DNA of 64,000 bases from Bacteroidota bacterium (GTDB taxonomy: Bacteria; Bacteroidota; Bacteroidia; M30B66). Shown in pieces: positions 8,807 to 18,734 of the stretch. Position 1 is the stretch's first letter. Each line of letters opens with the position of its first letter. The notes below the pieces were generated by a model. That model ran no database searches. It was not told where the DNA came from and was given only the letters and a program-made list of their open reading frames with translations. The DNA is taken from the NCBI GenBank assembly GCA_027490225.1, contig JAIXYK010000031.1:19354-83353 (forward strand), in the 5' to 3' direction. Both the position numbers and the translations under genes were made by a program.

Positions 8807-10202
8807 ACTTGTATTTGTTGAACCACTTGTCGTTGAGCGAAAACCCTACGCTTAACCTAACAAATTTTTCTACCAAAGGATTGGTGTTTTTTTGTCCACG
8901 TTGACCTGCAATTATTGCAAAGTTTAAAAGGCTTGTTGCTGAACGATTGCCATAAGTTCTCAGTGTGATGGGTAAACCGAAGCCAATTGTAAGGCCCATT
9001 TCAGGAATAGAAGCTCCATTAATTTTTAAAGCTCCGGTTGAATAATAACCACCTAAACGGTAACGAACACGTTTGAAATAGGAAGTTTTGTTTGGGTATT
9101 TTTCGTAAGGGCGTGGAATCCATTGTAAACCGCCTGAGAATCTTGTACTTGAATGAACAGAATCGGCTCTTTCGAAAATTTTGAAGCTATTCCAATCGGT
9201 GTATTGCACATCTGCAGCAAAAAGCAATGAGTTGTAGCAATTCTTTAAAGTAAAGCCAGCACTTGCTCGCATAGGCATTTTTACATTTCCTTTTTGTTGA
9301 TTGATGAATAAGCTGGTATCTATAACATCTGATGAAAATTGTCCATCTCCAAAAAACGATTCTGAAAGAAAGGTATAATTTCCTTTAATTGCAGTAGCAG
9401 GGGCGAAGGTGGCACCTATTTGAAGTTGTAGTGAATCGCGGGAGATTTTAATTTCTTTGATAGTTTTTCCTGCAGAATCACGTTCAATTTTAAATTTATC
9501 TTTAGGCTTTTTGAAATTGATTTGATATAAAATACCGGTATTTAGCGAAATGTCGCTTAATTGAAAAGAATTGGTAATTCTGGAATTTCTTATAAATCCA
9601 TCATCTGGGAAAGCAACTTCTGAGAAATAATTGTTTTTACCGAAAATATAGTTGGCTTGAATTCCTATAGAGAGACCTTTAAAAAGTTGTATTGAATTGG
9701 TAAAGCCAAAAGAAGAAAAACCACCCGTGCCTCTGTAACCAAATCTAACAGTACCTTCTGGCTGATTTTTAAGACTATCGCGCAATGTAAATCCAGAATT
9801 GGTAATAGGAGATAAATTAATGGCAGCAAACCAGCGATTTTTAACTAATGGGAAACCGAGCGAAAAATAGCCAAAACCAGCAGTTCGTCCGTTAAGCTTA
9901 GAATTTGCGGTTTGGTATTGGGTAGTTAAACCATTTATTCCGGCTTCGAATATTACACCACTTCTGGAAATAGAAGTGAGTGAAGCTGGCTGATAAATAT
10001 TAAGACTGTTGGAATCTATCAATGTTGTGAATGTGCCGCCAAGTGCATTTAACTGTGGCGCTGAAGTTCCGATTTGGTCGCCCAACGCAAATCTGCCATA
10101 AGGAGATTGACTTAAAGTTTGAGCAAATAATGCTTGCGATGCGCAAGTTAAGATGGCGAAGCTGCCTAAAAGTTTACGCAGCATCGGTGTAGAATAATTC
10201 AT
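8799..10202 (-). CDS. Outer-membrane beta-barrel protein (FadL/OmpP1-like)
   Basis: SPYGRFALG N-terminal plug motif, YRLGGYY, GFGLP, C-terminal NDKWF.KYKYD; lies between coaX and lptC. Confidence 0.8.
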   Translation of the reverse strand: MNYSTPMLRKLLGSFAILTCASQALFAQTLSQSPYGRFALGDQIGTSAPQLNALGGTFTTLIDSNSLNIYQPASLTSISRSGVIFEAGINGLTTQYQTANSKLNGRTAGFGYFSLGFPLVKNRWFAAINLSPITNSGFTLRDSLKNQPEGTVRFGYRGTGGFSSFGFTNSIQLFKGLSIGIQANYIFGKNNYFSEVAFPDDGFIRNSRITNSFQLSDISLNTGILYQINFKKPKDKFKIERDSAGKTIKEIKISRDSLQLQIGATFAPATAIKGNYTFLSESFFGDGQFSSDVIDTSLFINQQKGNVKMPMRASAGFTLKNCYNSLLFAADVQYTDWNSFKIFERADSVHSSTRFSGGLQWIPRPYEKYPNKTSYFKRVRYRLGGYYSTGALKINGASIPEMGLTIGFGLPITLRTYGNRSATSLLNFAIIAGQRGQKNTNPLVEKFVRLSVGFSLNDKWFNKYKYD

Positions 10203-10911
10203 TTAATCCTTTTAAAGTTAACCAAGGGTCAGAAAGGACACTTGATTTTAATGAGCGCTCTAACAACGCACAATCTCCGCCTGTAAGTATTACCTGAAGA
10301 TCTTTGTGTGTCATTTGATATTGTTCTAAAATTTCTTTTACTTCAGCCAGTGCACCGTTTATAACGCCAGATTGTATGGCTTCTGTTGTATTTTTTCCGA
10401 TAAGGTATACCATTTCGGAGCGCGAAAGTAAGGGTAATCTATTTGTAAATTGATGTAAGGCTTTAAATCGCATATCGATTCCAGGTGAAATAGAGCCTCC
10501 AAAGAATTCGTTGTTGCGTGTAATGAAATCGAATTTAATGCAAGTACCAGCATCAATTACTACTACAGGTTTGTTTGGATAGATGGCAGCAGCAGCAATT
10601 GCATTGGCTAAACGATCTAAACCGAGCGTTTCTGGTGTCTCATATTTGTTTTTAATTGGAATTTTATCGCCATGTTGAAAGTACCTGAAAGGAATACTTG
10701 CACGTTTAAGAAACTGCTCAACTTCTTTTTTCTTACCAGCTACGGACCCTATGAGCGCTTCTTTGGGTTCATGCACAACAAGCTTCAAAAGCGCTTCTTC
10801 AACGGCATTTTCTTCGTCGAACACGGCTCTAATTGCTTTAATTAGCAAACGATTGTTAAAGCATCCTGCCTTAATTGTGGTATTTCCAATATCTATAACG
10901 AGCCGATTCAT
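10174..10911 (-). CDS. coaX: Type III pantothenate kinase
   Basis: IDIGNT, TLGLDR, VIDAGT, GG.ISPG, LTGGD. Confidence 0.95.
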   Translation of the reverse strand: MNRLVIDIGNTTIKAGCFNNRLLIKAIRAVFDEENAVEEALLKLVVHEPKEALIGSVAGKKKEVEQFLKRASIPFRYFQHGDKIPIKNKYETPETLGLDRLANAIAAAAIYPNKPVVVIDAGTCIKFDFITRNNEFFGGSISPGIDMRFKALHQFTNRLPLLSRSEMVYLIGKNTTEAIQSGVINGALAEVKEILEQYQMTHKDLQVILTGGDCALLERSLKSSVLSDPWLTLKGLNELFYTDAA

Positions 10912-10930
10912 AACTGTTTAAAAACTTTGG

Positions 10931-10938
10931 CAAAGATA
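10931..10938 (-). promoter_or_regulatory. -7 box TATCTTTG for coaX operon
   Basis: TAnnTTTG consensus 19 nt before the coaX ATG. Confidence 0.6.
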
Positions 10939-10963
10939 TAATTAGAAAAATGTAAAAAAATTT

Positions 10964-10993
10964 TTTGTTAAGAAACAAATTTTTATACTTTTG
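10964..10993 (+). promoter_or_regulatory. tRNA-Phe promoter (-33 TTTG / -7 TACTTTTG)
   Basis: TTTG at 10964-67 and TACTTTTG at 10986-93 match the Bacteroidota sigma-70 consensus. Confidence 0.7.
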
Positions 10994-11019
10994 CACCCCG
11001 CTGAACAAGCAAAGAGGTT

Positions 11020-11092
11020 GGTATCTTAGCTCAGTCGGTAGAGCAAAGGACTGAAAATCCTTGTGTCCCTGGTTCGATTCCTGGAGATACCA
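11020..11092 (+). tRNA. tRNA-Phe(GAA), CCA not encoded
   Basis: Acceptor GGTATCT/AGATACC, D arm GCTC/GAGC, anticodon stem AAGGA/TCCTT with loop CTGAAAA, T loop TTCGATT. Confidence 0.98.
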
Positions 11093-11098
11093 CAACCC

Positions 11099-11134
11099 AA
11101 AAGGGCAGAAACTTAAAACTTCTGCCCTTTTTTT
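11099..11134 (+). terminator. Intrinsic terminator after tRNA-Phe
   Basis: AAAAGGGCAGAA / TTCTGCCCTTTT stem followed by a T run. Confidence 0.85.
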
Positions 11135-11276
11135 ATTTAAATTTTTTCGAAGATGTCCAGTCAAGAATTAGAAGACAACAACAAATTATTTTAATAAAAT
11201 ACACTCCAATTAAAATCTATTTCATTTCGATTCCCAACTTTTAGTAAAGAATTATTTATAATTTAAAGTAAAATAA

Positions 11277-11462
11277 TTGGGGCGGCTGCCGCTCCGTTCC
11301 TCCGCGTCACTGCGTTTTCGCGGCTCGCTTTTTTTATGGCCACAGGTTGTGTTTCTTTATCTTGAAATGTTCTATTATTGAAACTGCACGTTCTTCAACA
11401 CCCTCAATTTTAAACCTGTAGCTATAAAAAAGAGCTCAAACAAACCGCTCAACCGCTGCCGC
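11277..11462 (-). ncRNA. Structured intergenic element, Flavo-1-like RNA motif (copy B)
   Basis: Minus strand: P1 GCGGC/GCCGC. P2 GCG/CGC flanks GTTGAGCG...CGCGAAAA. Long internal stem TTTTTTATAGCTACAGGTT/AACCTGTGGCCATAAAAAA, 3' CCCAA. Confidence 0.65.
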
Positions 11463-11514
11463 AAGCATCTTCCAAATATTAAACAAGTTAATGAAGCAAT
11501 TTACTTTTTTACAT

Positions 11515-11550
11515 AAAAAAAGCGGCAATACCTTGATATTGCCGCTTTTT
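11515..11550 (-). terminator. Intrinsic (probably bidirectional) terminator downstream of the S8 protease
   Basis: AAAAAGCGGCAATA / TATTGCCGCTTTTT inverted repeat. Confidence 0.85.
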
Positions 11551-11571
11551 CAATTTTAATTTAAATGCTTA

Positions 11572-14500
11572 TTAATCAGCTTTTACAACTTTTATCAGCT
11601 TTCTAACATCTGCTGAGTTGGTAACAGAAACATAGTAAATACCGCTTGCCAAATTAGGTGAGATATTTATCGTTTCATTTGCAATAACAGCTTGGTTATA
11701 AACAATTCTACCACTTACATCAACAATTGAAATCTGAAGTTTCTCATTGTTAGCACCATTGGTTCTAATGTTTAAAGTCTCATTGAATGGATTTGGATTA
11801 ACAAATACATCAAATTCAACAGCTTCTTCAATAGTTTCAGCAGCCATTTTAGCGCAATTAGCAACTGTTACGGCTAAAGAACGAGTGCTTCCTGAACCAC
11901 AAGTATTGTTACCTCTTGCGGTAATACTTCCGTTTGCTGTACCAACATTTACAAGTATACTATTGGTTCCTTGTCCGCTTACGATACTGTAAGATGCAGG
12001 AACTGTCCATGTATAAGAAGTAGCACCAGGTAACGCGGCAATAGTATATGTTTGCTGTGAGCCAATACACACTGCAGTTGCTAAACCTGTAATACTAGCA
12101 GGAGTTGCAGGTCTTGCTGTTAAACTTGCTGTTCTATTAGCGCTTGTGCTGCAATTATTCGAAGCATTTACAGCCAAAGTACCTGAAACAAAAGTTGGAG
12201 AAACTGAAAGCGAAATAGCATTGCTTCCTTGACCACTTAAAATTGATGTTCCAGCTGGTGCTGTCCAAGTATAAGTCATTCCAGCAACATTGGTAACACT
12301 GTAGTTAACTGTAGCACTGCAAATTCCAGAAGCTTGCCCTACAATTGTGCCTGGAGTTGCAGGAGTGTTTCTTGCAACAGAATATGTTCTAGCTGCACTT
12401 GTTCCGCAACCATTCGTTGCTGTAACAGTAATGTTTCCAGTAGCAATAAAGCCTGCATCAAAACTAACTTGTATACTGTTTGTTCCTGCACCAGAAACAA
12501 TGGTTGCTCCTGTTGGAACAGTCCAATTATAACTTGCAGTATTTGCAACAGGTACTACAGAATAAGTAAATGTGTTTCCAGGACAGGCTCTGCTTGTACC
12601 AGTAACTGTACCTGGTGTTGAAGGAATAGCAACACTCAATGCCAATGATCTTGTAGAGCTATTTGCACAACCAGAGTTAGACCTTACTGTAATGCTTCCT
12701 GTTGTAAAAGGAGCGTTTACTTGCAAAGTAATAGAAGTTGTTCCTTGTCCGCTAATTATTACTGTATTAGCTGGTGCAACCCAAGTATAAGAAATTGCAT
12801 TAGCAACTGGTGCAATTGAATAAGTGTTGGTTTGTGCAGTACCTCTGATTGCACAAACATTTGCAGTTCCAATAATTGCAGCAGGAATAGCTGGTGTAGC
12901 TCTTGTTACAGTTATTGAACGATTTGTAGTTGTGCTGCATCCGCCAACTACAACAGATACTGAACCTGTAGTGAATGTTGAAGAAAATTTAAACGAAATT
13001 GTGTTTGTACCTTGTCCAGTAATATTGGTAGAACCAGCAGGTAACGTCCAGGTGTAGCTAGAAGCATCGGTTGCACTAACTGAATATGTAGCGTTTCCTC
13101 CAGTTGTACCTTGGAAAGCACAAGAGTTTGTAGGTCCATTAATGCTGCTAGCTGTTAAATTACAAGCCTGTGTTACAGTGATTGAACCTTGAGCAGAATT
13201 ACTGCAACCATTGCCATCTGTATAATTATAAGTAAGTGTAAATGTTCCAACTCCAGCCACTCCAGGATTGAATGAATTTCCAGAAACGCCTGTTCCGCTG
13301 AATGTACCACCTGAAGGATTTCCAGCAAGAATTACAACATTGTCTGTTGTAAACACTGGAGAATAAGTTCCTGCAGATACAACAGGTAATTCATTTACAG
13401 TAACTCCTTGTGAAGCATTCGCAGAACAACCATTCGCGTCAGTAACCGTAACTGAAAAGTTTCCAGTTGCATTCACAGAAATAGATTGTGTTGTAGCACC
13501 ATTGCTCCAAGCGTAGCTGCTTCCAGCACTTGCAGTTAAACTTACTTCACCGCCAGCACAGAAACTAGTGGAACCACCAGCAGAAATTGAAACAGTTGGT
13601 AATTCATTTACAGTAACACCTTGTGAAGCACTTGCAGAACATCCATTAGCATCAGTAACTGTTACTGAATAATTTCCAGTAGCAGTCACAGAAATTGATT
13701 GCGTTGTAGCACCATTGCTCCAAACGTAGCTGCTTCCTTCACTTGCAGTTAAATTCACAGAACCACCAGCACAGAATGTTGTTGCGCCATCAGCAGAGAT
13801 TGAAACAGTTGGCAATTCATTTACAGTAACATCTTTCGAAGCATTAGCAGAACATCCGTTTGCATCTGTAACAGTTACTGAATAAGAACCTGGAGCATTC
13901 ACAGCAATTGATTGTGTTGTTGCACCATTGCTCCAAGCGTAGCTGCTTCCTGCACTTGCAGTTAAATTCACAGAACCACCAGCACAGAATGTTGTAGCGC
14001 CATCAGCAGTGATTGAAACAGTTGGCAATTCATTTACAGTAACATCTTGTGAAGCATTGGCTGAACAACCATTCGCGTCTGTAACTGTTACTGAATAAGA
14101 ACCTGAAGCATTTACAGAAATTGATTGTGTTGTAGCACCATTGCTCCAAACGTAGCTGCTTCCTTCACTTGCTGATAAATTTACAGAACCACCAGCGCAG
14201 AATGTTGTTGCGCCATCAGCAGAGATTGAAACAGTTGGTAGTTCATTAACAATAACATCTTGCGAAGCATTGGCTGAACAACCATTCGCGTCTGTAACTG
14301 TTACTGAATAATTTCCAGTTGCATTTACTGAAATTGATTGTGTTGTAGCACCATTGCTCCAAGCGTAGCTGCTTCCAGCACTTGCAGTTAAATTTACAGA
14401 ACCACCGGCGCAGAAAGTTGTTGCTCCGTCAGCTGTAATGCTTACGCTAGCAGGAGGATTATCTAATTGTGAGATTGCAAGGTTAAAAGCGCCTGTAGAT

Positions 14501-17500
14501 GTTGTGTAACCTTCTACAACTGCGTAGTAAGTAGTGTTAGGTAGTACCAATGCTTTTAGTGAAGCAGAAGTCCCTGTACAACTAGGTCCGTTGTCATCGT
14601 TAGATGCAATCCAAGTTCCTGTACTACTTAATAAGTGAATATATGTATCAAAGCTTGATGTACAAGTTGAAATTACAATTGAATCAGTGCAACTTCCTGT
14701 AGTAAATTGATAGAAGATATCTGCAGAAGCTTGCTGGTTTGTTCCAGTATATGTGCTTGAATAGCCGCTTCCTGCAGCATTAGAATTTGATGTATTATAT
14801 GGTAAAGAACCAATCACAATTGGAAGTGAAAAGTTGTCACCAACTTTAGGATTTATTGTAAGATTGATAACATTTGAAAATTCATCATTACAACCAGATT
14901 TCGAAATTCTAGCGCGTACTTGGTAAGTTCCCGGTGTTAAATTCAAGCTCAAAGAATTTGTAGTTGCACCGCTAATATCTGCAAATGCACCAGCACCAAC
15001 TGCTGATTGCCAATTGATAGAAGTTCCATTTCCACCGCTGTATGAATAAGAAACGCTGGTTCCAGCAGTTCCATTCGAAGGTCCAGTTATAGTTCCTGCA
15101 ACTGTAGGAACTGTGCAGGCAGAAATTGTTTCAATTGTAATGTCATCAATATATAAATCGTATTTATCTAAGTCGCTAAATACCCTAAATCCAATGTATT
15201 GAATTCCTGATGTTGTTGCAACAATATTGGTTGATATTCCTTCAACATAGGTAGTGTTGATGATATTTGAATTTGTAAAAATTGCTGCAGAAGTCATTCC
15301 TGCTGCAGAAGCTGTTGCCCCCCATTTCACTTCTAGCTTTTCTGCAAATGTTGCAGAACGTGCACGGTACCAAAATCTAACTCTATAGTTTTCACCTGCA
15401 ACCAAATTTAATGGAGGTGTAAAAATCCAGTCGTTGGCAGCAAGAGTTGCACTGTAAGTGTATACTATATTATTAGGAGCCGAACGTGCTGATGTAGCTC
15501 CAACATTCCATGTTCTAGGGTCAGCATTTACGTTTTGAGTTGTCCATCCGCATGGTAATGAGCCAGAAGCATCGAAGTTTTGCGTATGAGGGAACGTATT
15601 AATTGTAGGGTTGTTGATTGTAACTTGAACACCAGTAGAAGGTGTAGTCGCGCCACATGTTACTAAGCAACGGAACCAGGTAGCAGTTGAAACAGCAGCT
15701 GTTGCTGATTGCCCTGTTTGCCCTGAAATGTTGGTCCAATTTGCATTATCAGGTGATGATTGCCATTGGTAAGTTTGACCTGAACCAAATGTAGCTCCAT
15801 TTAAAGATAAACTTACTGTTCCTGAACCACAAACCGAATTTGGAGAAGCAAGTGCAGTTGCCAAAGCAGGAGGATTTGTACAAGGTTGAGGATTTGCTAA
15901 TTGCAATGCAGCAAATGCATTTACTCTTCCATGACCTAAGTCTGTACTCCAAGTTCCGTTTGGTTGATTTGCAACATTAGCATTGTAAGTTAAGCCTCCA
16001 ACTTTATCGCATGTAGATTCTATAATTTGTCGTGCTTGTATGTTTGTTAATCCTGGATTTACGGATAATATCAATGCCATTACGCCTGCAGCATTTGGAC
16101 AAGCAGAAGAGGTTCCGTTGAAAGTTGCAGTATAGTTTCCTGTGCCGTAACCTGAAGCTCCAGAAATATCGGTAGTATAAATTTTAACGCCAGGAGCAGA
16201 GATATCTGCATTTGTTCCAAAGTTAGAACCCCAAAAAGTTTCGCCATCACAAGATGTAGGACTTTTTCTTTGATTACACATACTCATTGCAACTACAGAT
16301 ATTACGTTTTGTAAAGTTGCTGGATAGCTTACTGCTCCGTTATTGTTTCCTGCAGCAAATAAAACCGGTGCTCCTAATCCGCCTCTTCCTTGGGTTACAG
16401 ATCTTGTAATTGGGTCGTTGATTAATGCAGAAGAACTTCCGCCACCCCAAGAGTTGCTTAATATATCCGCACCAGCTGTTTGCCAAGCCCAATCGATACA
16501 AGTACCAATCCATGAATTTTGTGTAACCCAACTTGTTCCGCTAGAATATGCGATACGAATAGGAACAATCTTAGAACCGTAAGCAACACCCGCAATACCA
16601 AGGTTGTTATTTCCAACTGCTGCCACTATTCCTGCGCAAGCAGTACCGTGTGCATCGTTTCCTGATGGAGCACCACCGCTGTTTAGTCCAGTACCATCAA
16701 ATCCTCCAAGCATGTTTGCCTGTAAATCAGGATGTACTAAGTCAACTCCTTCATCTAAAATTGCAACCTTAATATTAGCAGAACCTGTAGAAATTCCCCA
16801 AGCGTTAAAAACTTTCATGTCGGCTCCGGGAGTTCCGTTATTTTGTAAAGCAGAACCTGTATTGTTTAATGACCATTGATTGGCTAAAAATGTATCGTTT
16901 GTGTTGAAACGATTCATCAATCTTAAGAAATCAACTTCTGCCCAGGCAAATTGTCCGTTTTCAGCAAGTTGATTCGCTAAATCTAGCGGATTGATTGAGT
17001 TTTTAGGTACTTGTACAAAGTAAACCAAAGGGTCATACATGTTTTTCTCTAGCAGCTTCAATCCGTTTTTACGAATTACTGCGTCTAACTTCCCATAATC
17101 ACCAGTAGATTTCAACTTTACAGCTACACGGTTGGTAATACCTTGCAGTGTTCCATCCTCATATTTTAAAAAGGCATGTGCATAAACTACTGAAGGCTGT
17201 AGCTCTAGTCTTTTTAAGATGGCATTATAGTCATTAGATGACAATGGTTTTGTAATTTCAGCCAACACCGCATTTTTAGGTGAAGGCAATACCATTGTTT
17301 TCGTAATTTTCTTTAACAAAGGTTCTTGTTGAAGTGTTTTCTGAATGGTTTCAAAAGAAATATTTTCATCAAATTTTATCAGCATTTTACTTTCTGATAA
17401 TTCAAAGAACGCTCTACCATCTGGAGAATTGGCGTAAATTTTATTGGATTGAGCATAAGCAGACTGAATCGAAAATCCTAACGATACAATTGCTAAAAAA

Positions 17501-17544
17501 ATCCAAATAAAGCATTTAATGCTTGTGGTGTAATTTTGCTTCAT
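11572..17544 (-). CDS. T9SS-secreted multidomain S8 (subtilisin) serine protease
   Basis: Signal peptide (AYA-Q). Catalytic triad VAILDEG / HGTACAG / GTSSACP. Then a cleaved-adhesin-like domain (NDWIFTPPL..YIDDI), a PPC-like domain (FDTYIHL..NDD), five 71-aa Ig-like repeats, PKD-like repeats (YTWT.P.G..I.GQGT) and a CTD (VNPNPF..SGIYYV..KVVK). Confidence 0.92.
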   Translation of the reverse strand: MKQNYTTSIKCFIWIFLAIVSLGFSIQSAYAQSNKIYANSPDGRAFFELSESKMLIKFDENISFETIQKTLQQEPLLKKITKTMVLPSPKNAVLAEITKPLSSNDYNAILKRLELQPSVVYAHAFLKYEDGTLQGITNRVAVKLKSTGDYGKLDAVIRKNGLKLLEKNMYDPLVYFVQVPKNSINPLDLANQLAENGQFAWAEVDFLRLMNRFNTNDTFLANQWSLNNTGSALQNNGTPGADMKVFNAWGISTGSANIKVAILDEGVDLVHPDLQANMLGGFDGTGLNSGGAPSGNDAHGTACAGIVAAVGNNNLGIAGVAYGSKIVPIRIAYSSGTSWVTQNSWIGTCIDWAWQTAGADILSNSWGGGSSSALINDPITRSVTQGRGGLGAPVLFAAGNNNGAVSYPATLQNVISVVAMSMCNQRKSPTSCDGETFWGSNFGTNADISAPGVKIYTTDISGASGYGTGNYTATFNGTSSACPNAAGVMALILSVNPGLTNIQARQIIESTCDKVGGLTYNANVANQPNGTWSTDLGHGRVNAFAALQLANPQPCTNPPALATALASPNSVCGSGTVSLSLNGATFGSGQTYQWQSSPDNANWTNISGQTGQSATAAVSTATWFRCLVTCGATTPSTGVQVTINNPTINTFPHTQNFDASGSLPCGWTTQNVNADPRTWNVGATSARSAPNNIVYTYSATLAANDWIFTPPLNLVAGENYRVRFWYRARSATFAEKLEVKWGATASAAGMTSAAIFTNSNIINTTYVEGISTNIVATTSGIQYIGFRVFSDLDKYDLYIDDITIETISACTVPTVAGTITGPSNGTAGTSVSYSYSGGNGTSINWQSAVGAGAFADISGATTNSLSLNLTPGTYQVRARISKSGCNDEFSNVINLTINPKVGDNFSLPIVIGSLPYNTSNSNAAGSGYSSTYTGTNQQASADIFYQFTTGSCTDSIVISTCTSSFDTYIHLLSSTGTWIASNDDNGPSCTGTSASLKALVLPNTTYYAVVEGYTTSTGAFNLAISQLDNPPASVSITADGATTFCAGGSVNLTASAGSSYAWSNGATTQSISVNATGNYSVTVTDANGCSANASQDVIVNELPTVSISADGATTFCAGGSVNLSASEGSSYVWSNGATTQSISVNASGSYSVTVTDANGCSANASQDVTVNELPTVSITADGATTFCAGGSVNLTASAGSSYAWSNGATTQSIAVNAPGSYSVTVTDANGCSANASKDVTVNELPTVSISADGATTFCAGGSVNLTASEGSSYVWSNGATTQSISVTATGNYSVTVTDANGCSASASQGVTVNELPTVSISAGGSTSFCAGGEVSLTASAGSSYAWSNGATTQSISVNATGNFSVTVTDANGCSANASQGVTVNELPVVSAGTYSPVFTTDNVVILAGNPSGGTFSGTGVSGNSFNPGVAGVGTFTLTYNYTDGNGCSNSAQGSITVTQACNLTASSINGPTNSCAFQGTTGGNATYSVSATDASSYTWTLPAGSTNITGQGTNTISFKFSSTFTTGSVSVVVGGCSTTTNRSITVTRATPAIPAAIIGTANVCAIRGTAQTNTYSIAPVANAISYTWVAPANTVIISGQGTTSITLQVNAPFTTGSITVRSNSGCANSSTRSLALSVAIPSTPGTVTGTSRACPGNTFTYSVVPVANTASYNWTVPTGATIVSGAGTNSIQVSFDAGFIATGNITVTATNGCGTSAARTYSVARNTPATPGTIVGQASGICSATVNYSVTNVAGMTYTWTAPAGTSILSGQGSNAISLSVSPTFVSGTLAVNASNNCSTSANRTASLTARPATPASITGLATAVCIGSQQTYTIAALPGATSYTWTVPASYSIVSGQGTNSILVNVGTANGSITARGNNTCGSGSTRSLAVTVANCAKMAAETIEEAVEFDVFVNPNPFNETLNIRTNGANNEKLQISIVDVSGRIVYNQAVIANETINISPNLASGIYYVSVTNSADVRKLIKVVKAD
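13381..14445 (-). repeat. Five tandem 213-bp (71-aa) intragenic repeats
   Basis: GCACCATTGCTCCAA recurs every 213 nt. Unit is VSI[TS]ADGATTFCAGGSVNL..SSY.WSNGATTQSI..YSVTVTDANGCS..VNELP. Confidence 0.95.
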
Positions 17545-17750
17545 AAGTTGGTTTGGGTTGGTAGTTGTTTAAATCAAGTTGCTAAAATATAAAAATTTGA
17601 ATACTCTCCAAATATCTCCTTTTTTCAATATATTATAGTTATTTAAGCAATTCCAAAGTATTATTACAAAACTCGCAACTAAATTTCCTTTATCTTTCTT
17701 AATAAACTGTTAATTGTAAATAGTATTGATAGATTTGTAAAAAAATAAAA

Positions 17751-17960
17751 ATGGAAGTAAGAGATAGCAATGGAACTTTATTATCAGAAGGTGATACAGT
17801 TACAGTAATTAAAGATTTGAAAGTGAGAGGTTCTTCAGCCGTAATTAAACGCGGTACAGTGGTGAAAAACATAAAACTTACTGATAATGAAGAAGAAATT
17901 GAAGGAAAAGCAGATAAAGTACAAATGGTATTGAAAGCTTGTTTTTTGAAGAAGACTTAA
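17751..17960 (+). CDS. PhnA/YjdM-like small protein (C-terminal domain only)
   Basis: RDSNGTLL.EGDTVTVIKDLKVRG..IKRGT.VKNI.L..LKACFLKK; no N-terminal Zn ribbon. Confidence 0.85.
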   Translation: MEVRDSNGTLLSEGDTVTVIKDLKVRGSSAVIKRGTVVKNIKLTDNEEEIEGKADKVQMVLKACFLKKT

Positions 17961-18062
17961 ATTTGTAATTTTGACTTTAAGCAGAATTCCTCACTGATTG
18001 CTATAACAAGCATTTGTAATTTTTGATTAAACCAAAATAATTTAAAAATCACTAGGAATTAA

Positions 18063-18542
18063 TTATCCCAATGTATCTACAATTTTGCATTTTTTAATTT
18101 GATACCGCTGCATTACTTCTTTAAGTAGCTCTTCGCGAACAACTAAAATTAAAACTTTTCTAACAGATTTTGATTGGTACTTTTTAACGGCATCAAGCAC
18201 AGAAGTGTTAAATCCCAATCCTTGAAGTTCTAGCTTTCCAATTTCATCAATTATCAAAGTATCGGGCAGGTTTTTAATTTCTTCTTTTAAATAATTATTT
18301 GCCTTTTGATAGGCTGTTTTATAAAATTTAAATCCGCCCACATTAATAATCAGCTCCTCCGATACATTATCATCTTTGCATTGCGCTTCAAATAAAACAT
18401 TCGTTCTGATGTTAAACATGCACCTAACAGTGTTTACATCTGGCATTAATATTCCTCCAATATCTAATGAAGTGTCAATCCATTGCTGTAATTCAGCAGT
18501 TTTGCCACTATTTATTTTTCTTGAAAATATTAAAATGCTCAT
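18063..18542 (-). CDS. Putative NTPase (THEP1/NTPase_1-like P-loop protein)
   Basis: Degenerate Walker A (RKINSGKT), LIIDEIGKLE Walker B, LVVRE. Confidence 0.7.
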   Translation of the reverse strand: MSILIFSRKINSGKTAELQQWIDTSLDIGGILMPDVNTVRCMFNIRTNVLFEAQCKDDNVSEELIINVGGFKFYKTAYQKANNYLKEEIKNLPDTLIIDEIGKLELQGLGFNTSVLDAVKKYQSKSVRKVLILVVREELLKEVMQRYQIKKCKIVDTLG

Positions 18543-18734
18543 TTGTTAAGTGTTACACTAAAAAGGTAGTTCTTCTTTGAAAGTTCAAGCTAATAAATAA
18601 GTTGTTGTAATTAGCACTTTGTTCTTATTTTATCAAATAATGAAAAGAAATGAATTATCTAAAATTGATAAATCAACAGTTTATTAATAATCAAAAACCA
18701 AGTTTTCCTATTGAATTTAGTTGTAAATTGTGAT

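Noticed and set aside
10871-11164. 97-aa minus-strand ORF
   Set aside because: Antisense to tRNA-Phe and its promoter/terminator; spurious.
11020-17544. Genomic island integrated at tRNA-Phe
   Set aside because: No integrase seen. The only echo of the tRNA 3' end I found is 9 nt (TTCGATTCC at about 11226), too short to call an att site.
18665-18676. TTGAT-AA-ATCAA palindrome upstream of the PfkB kinase as an FNR/CRP site
   Set aside because: Spacer is 2 nt rather than the canonical 4, and the region is very AT-rich.
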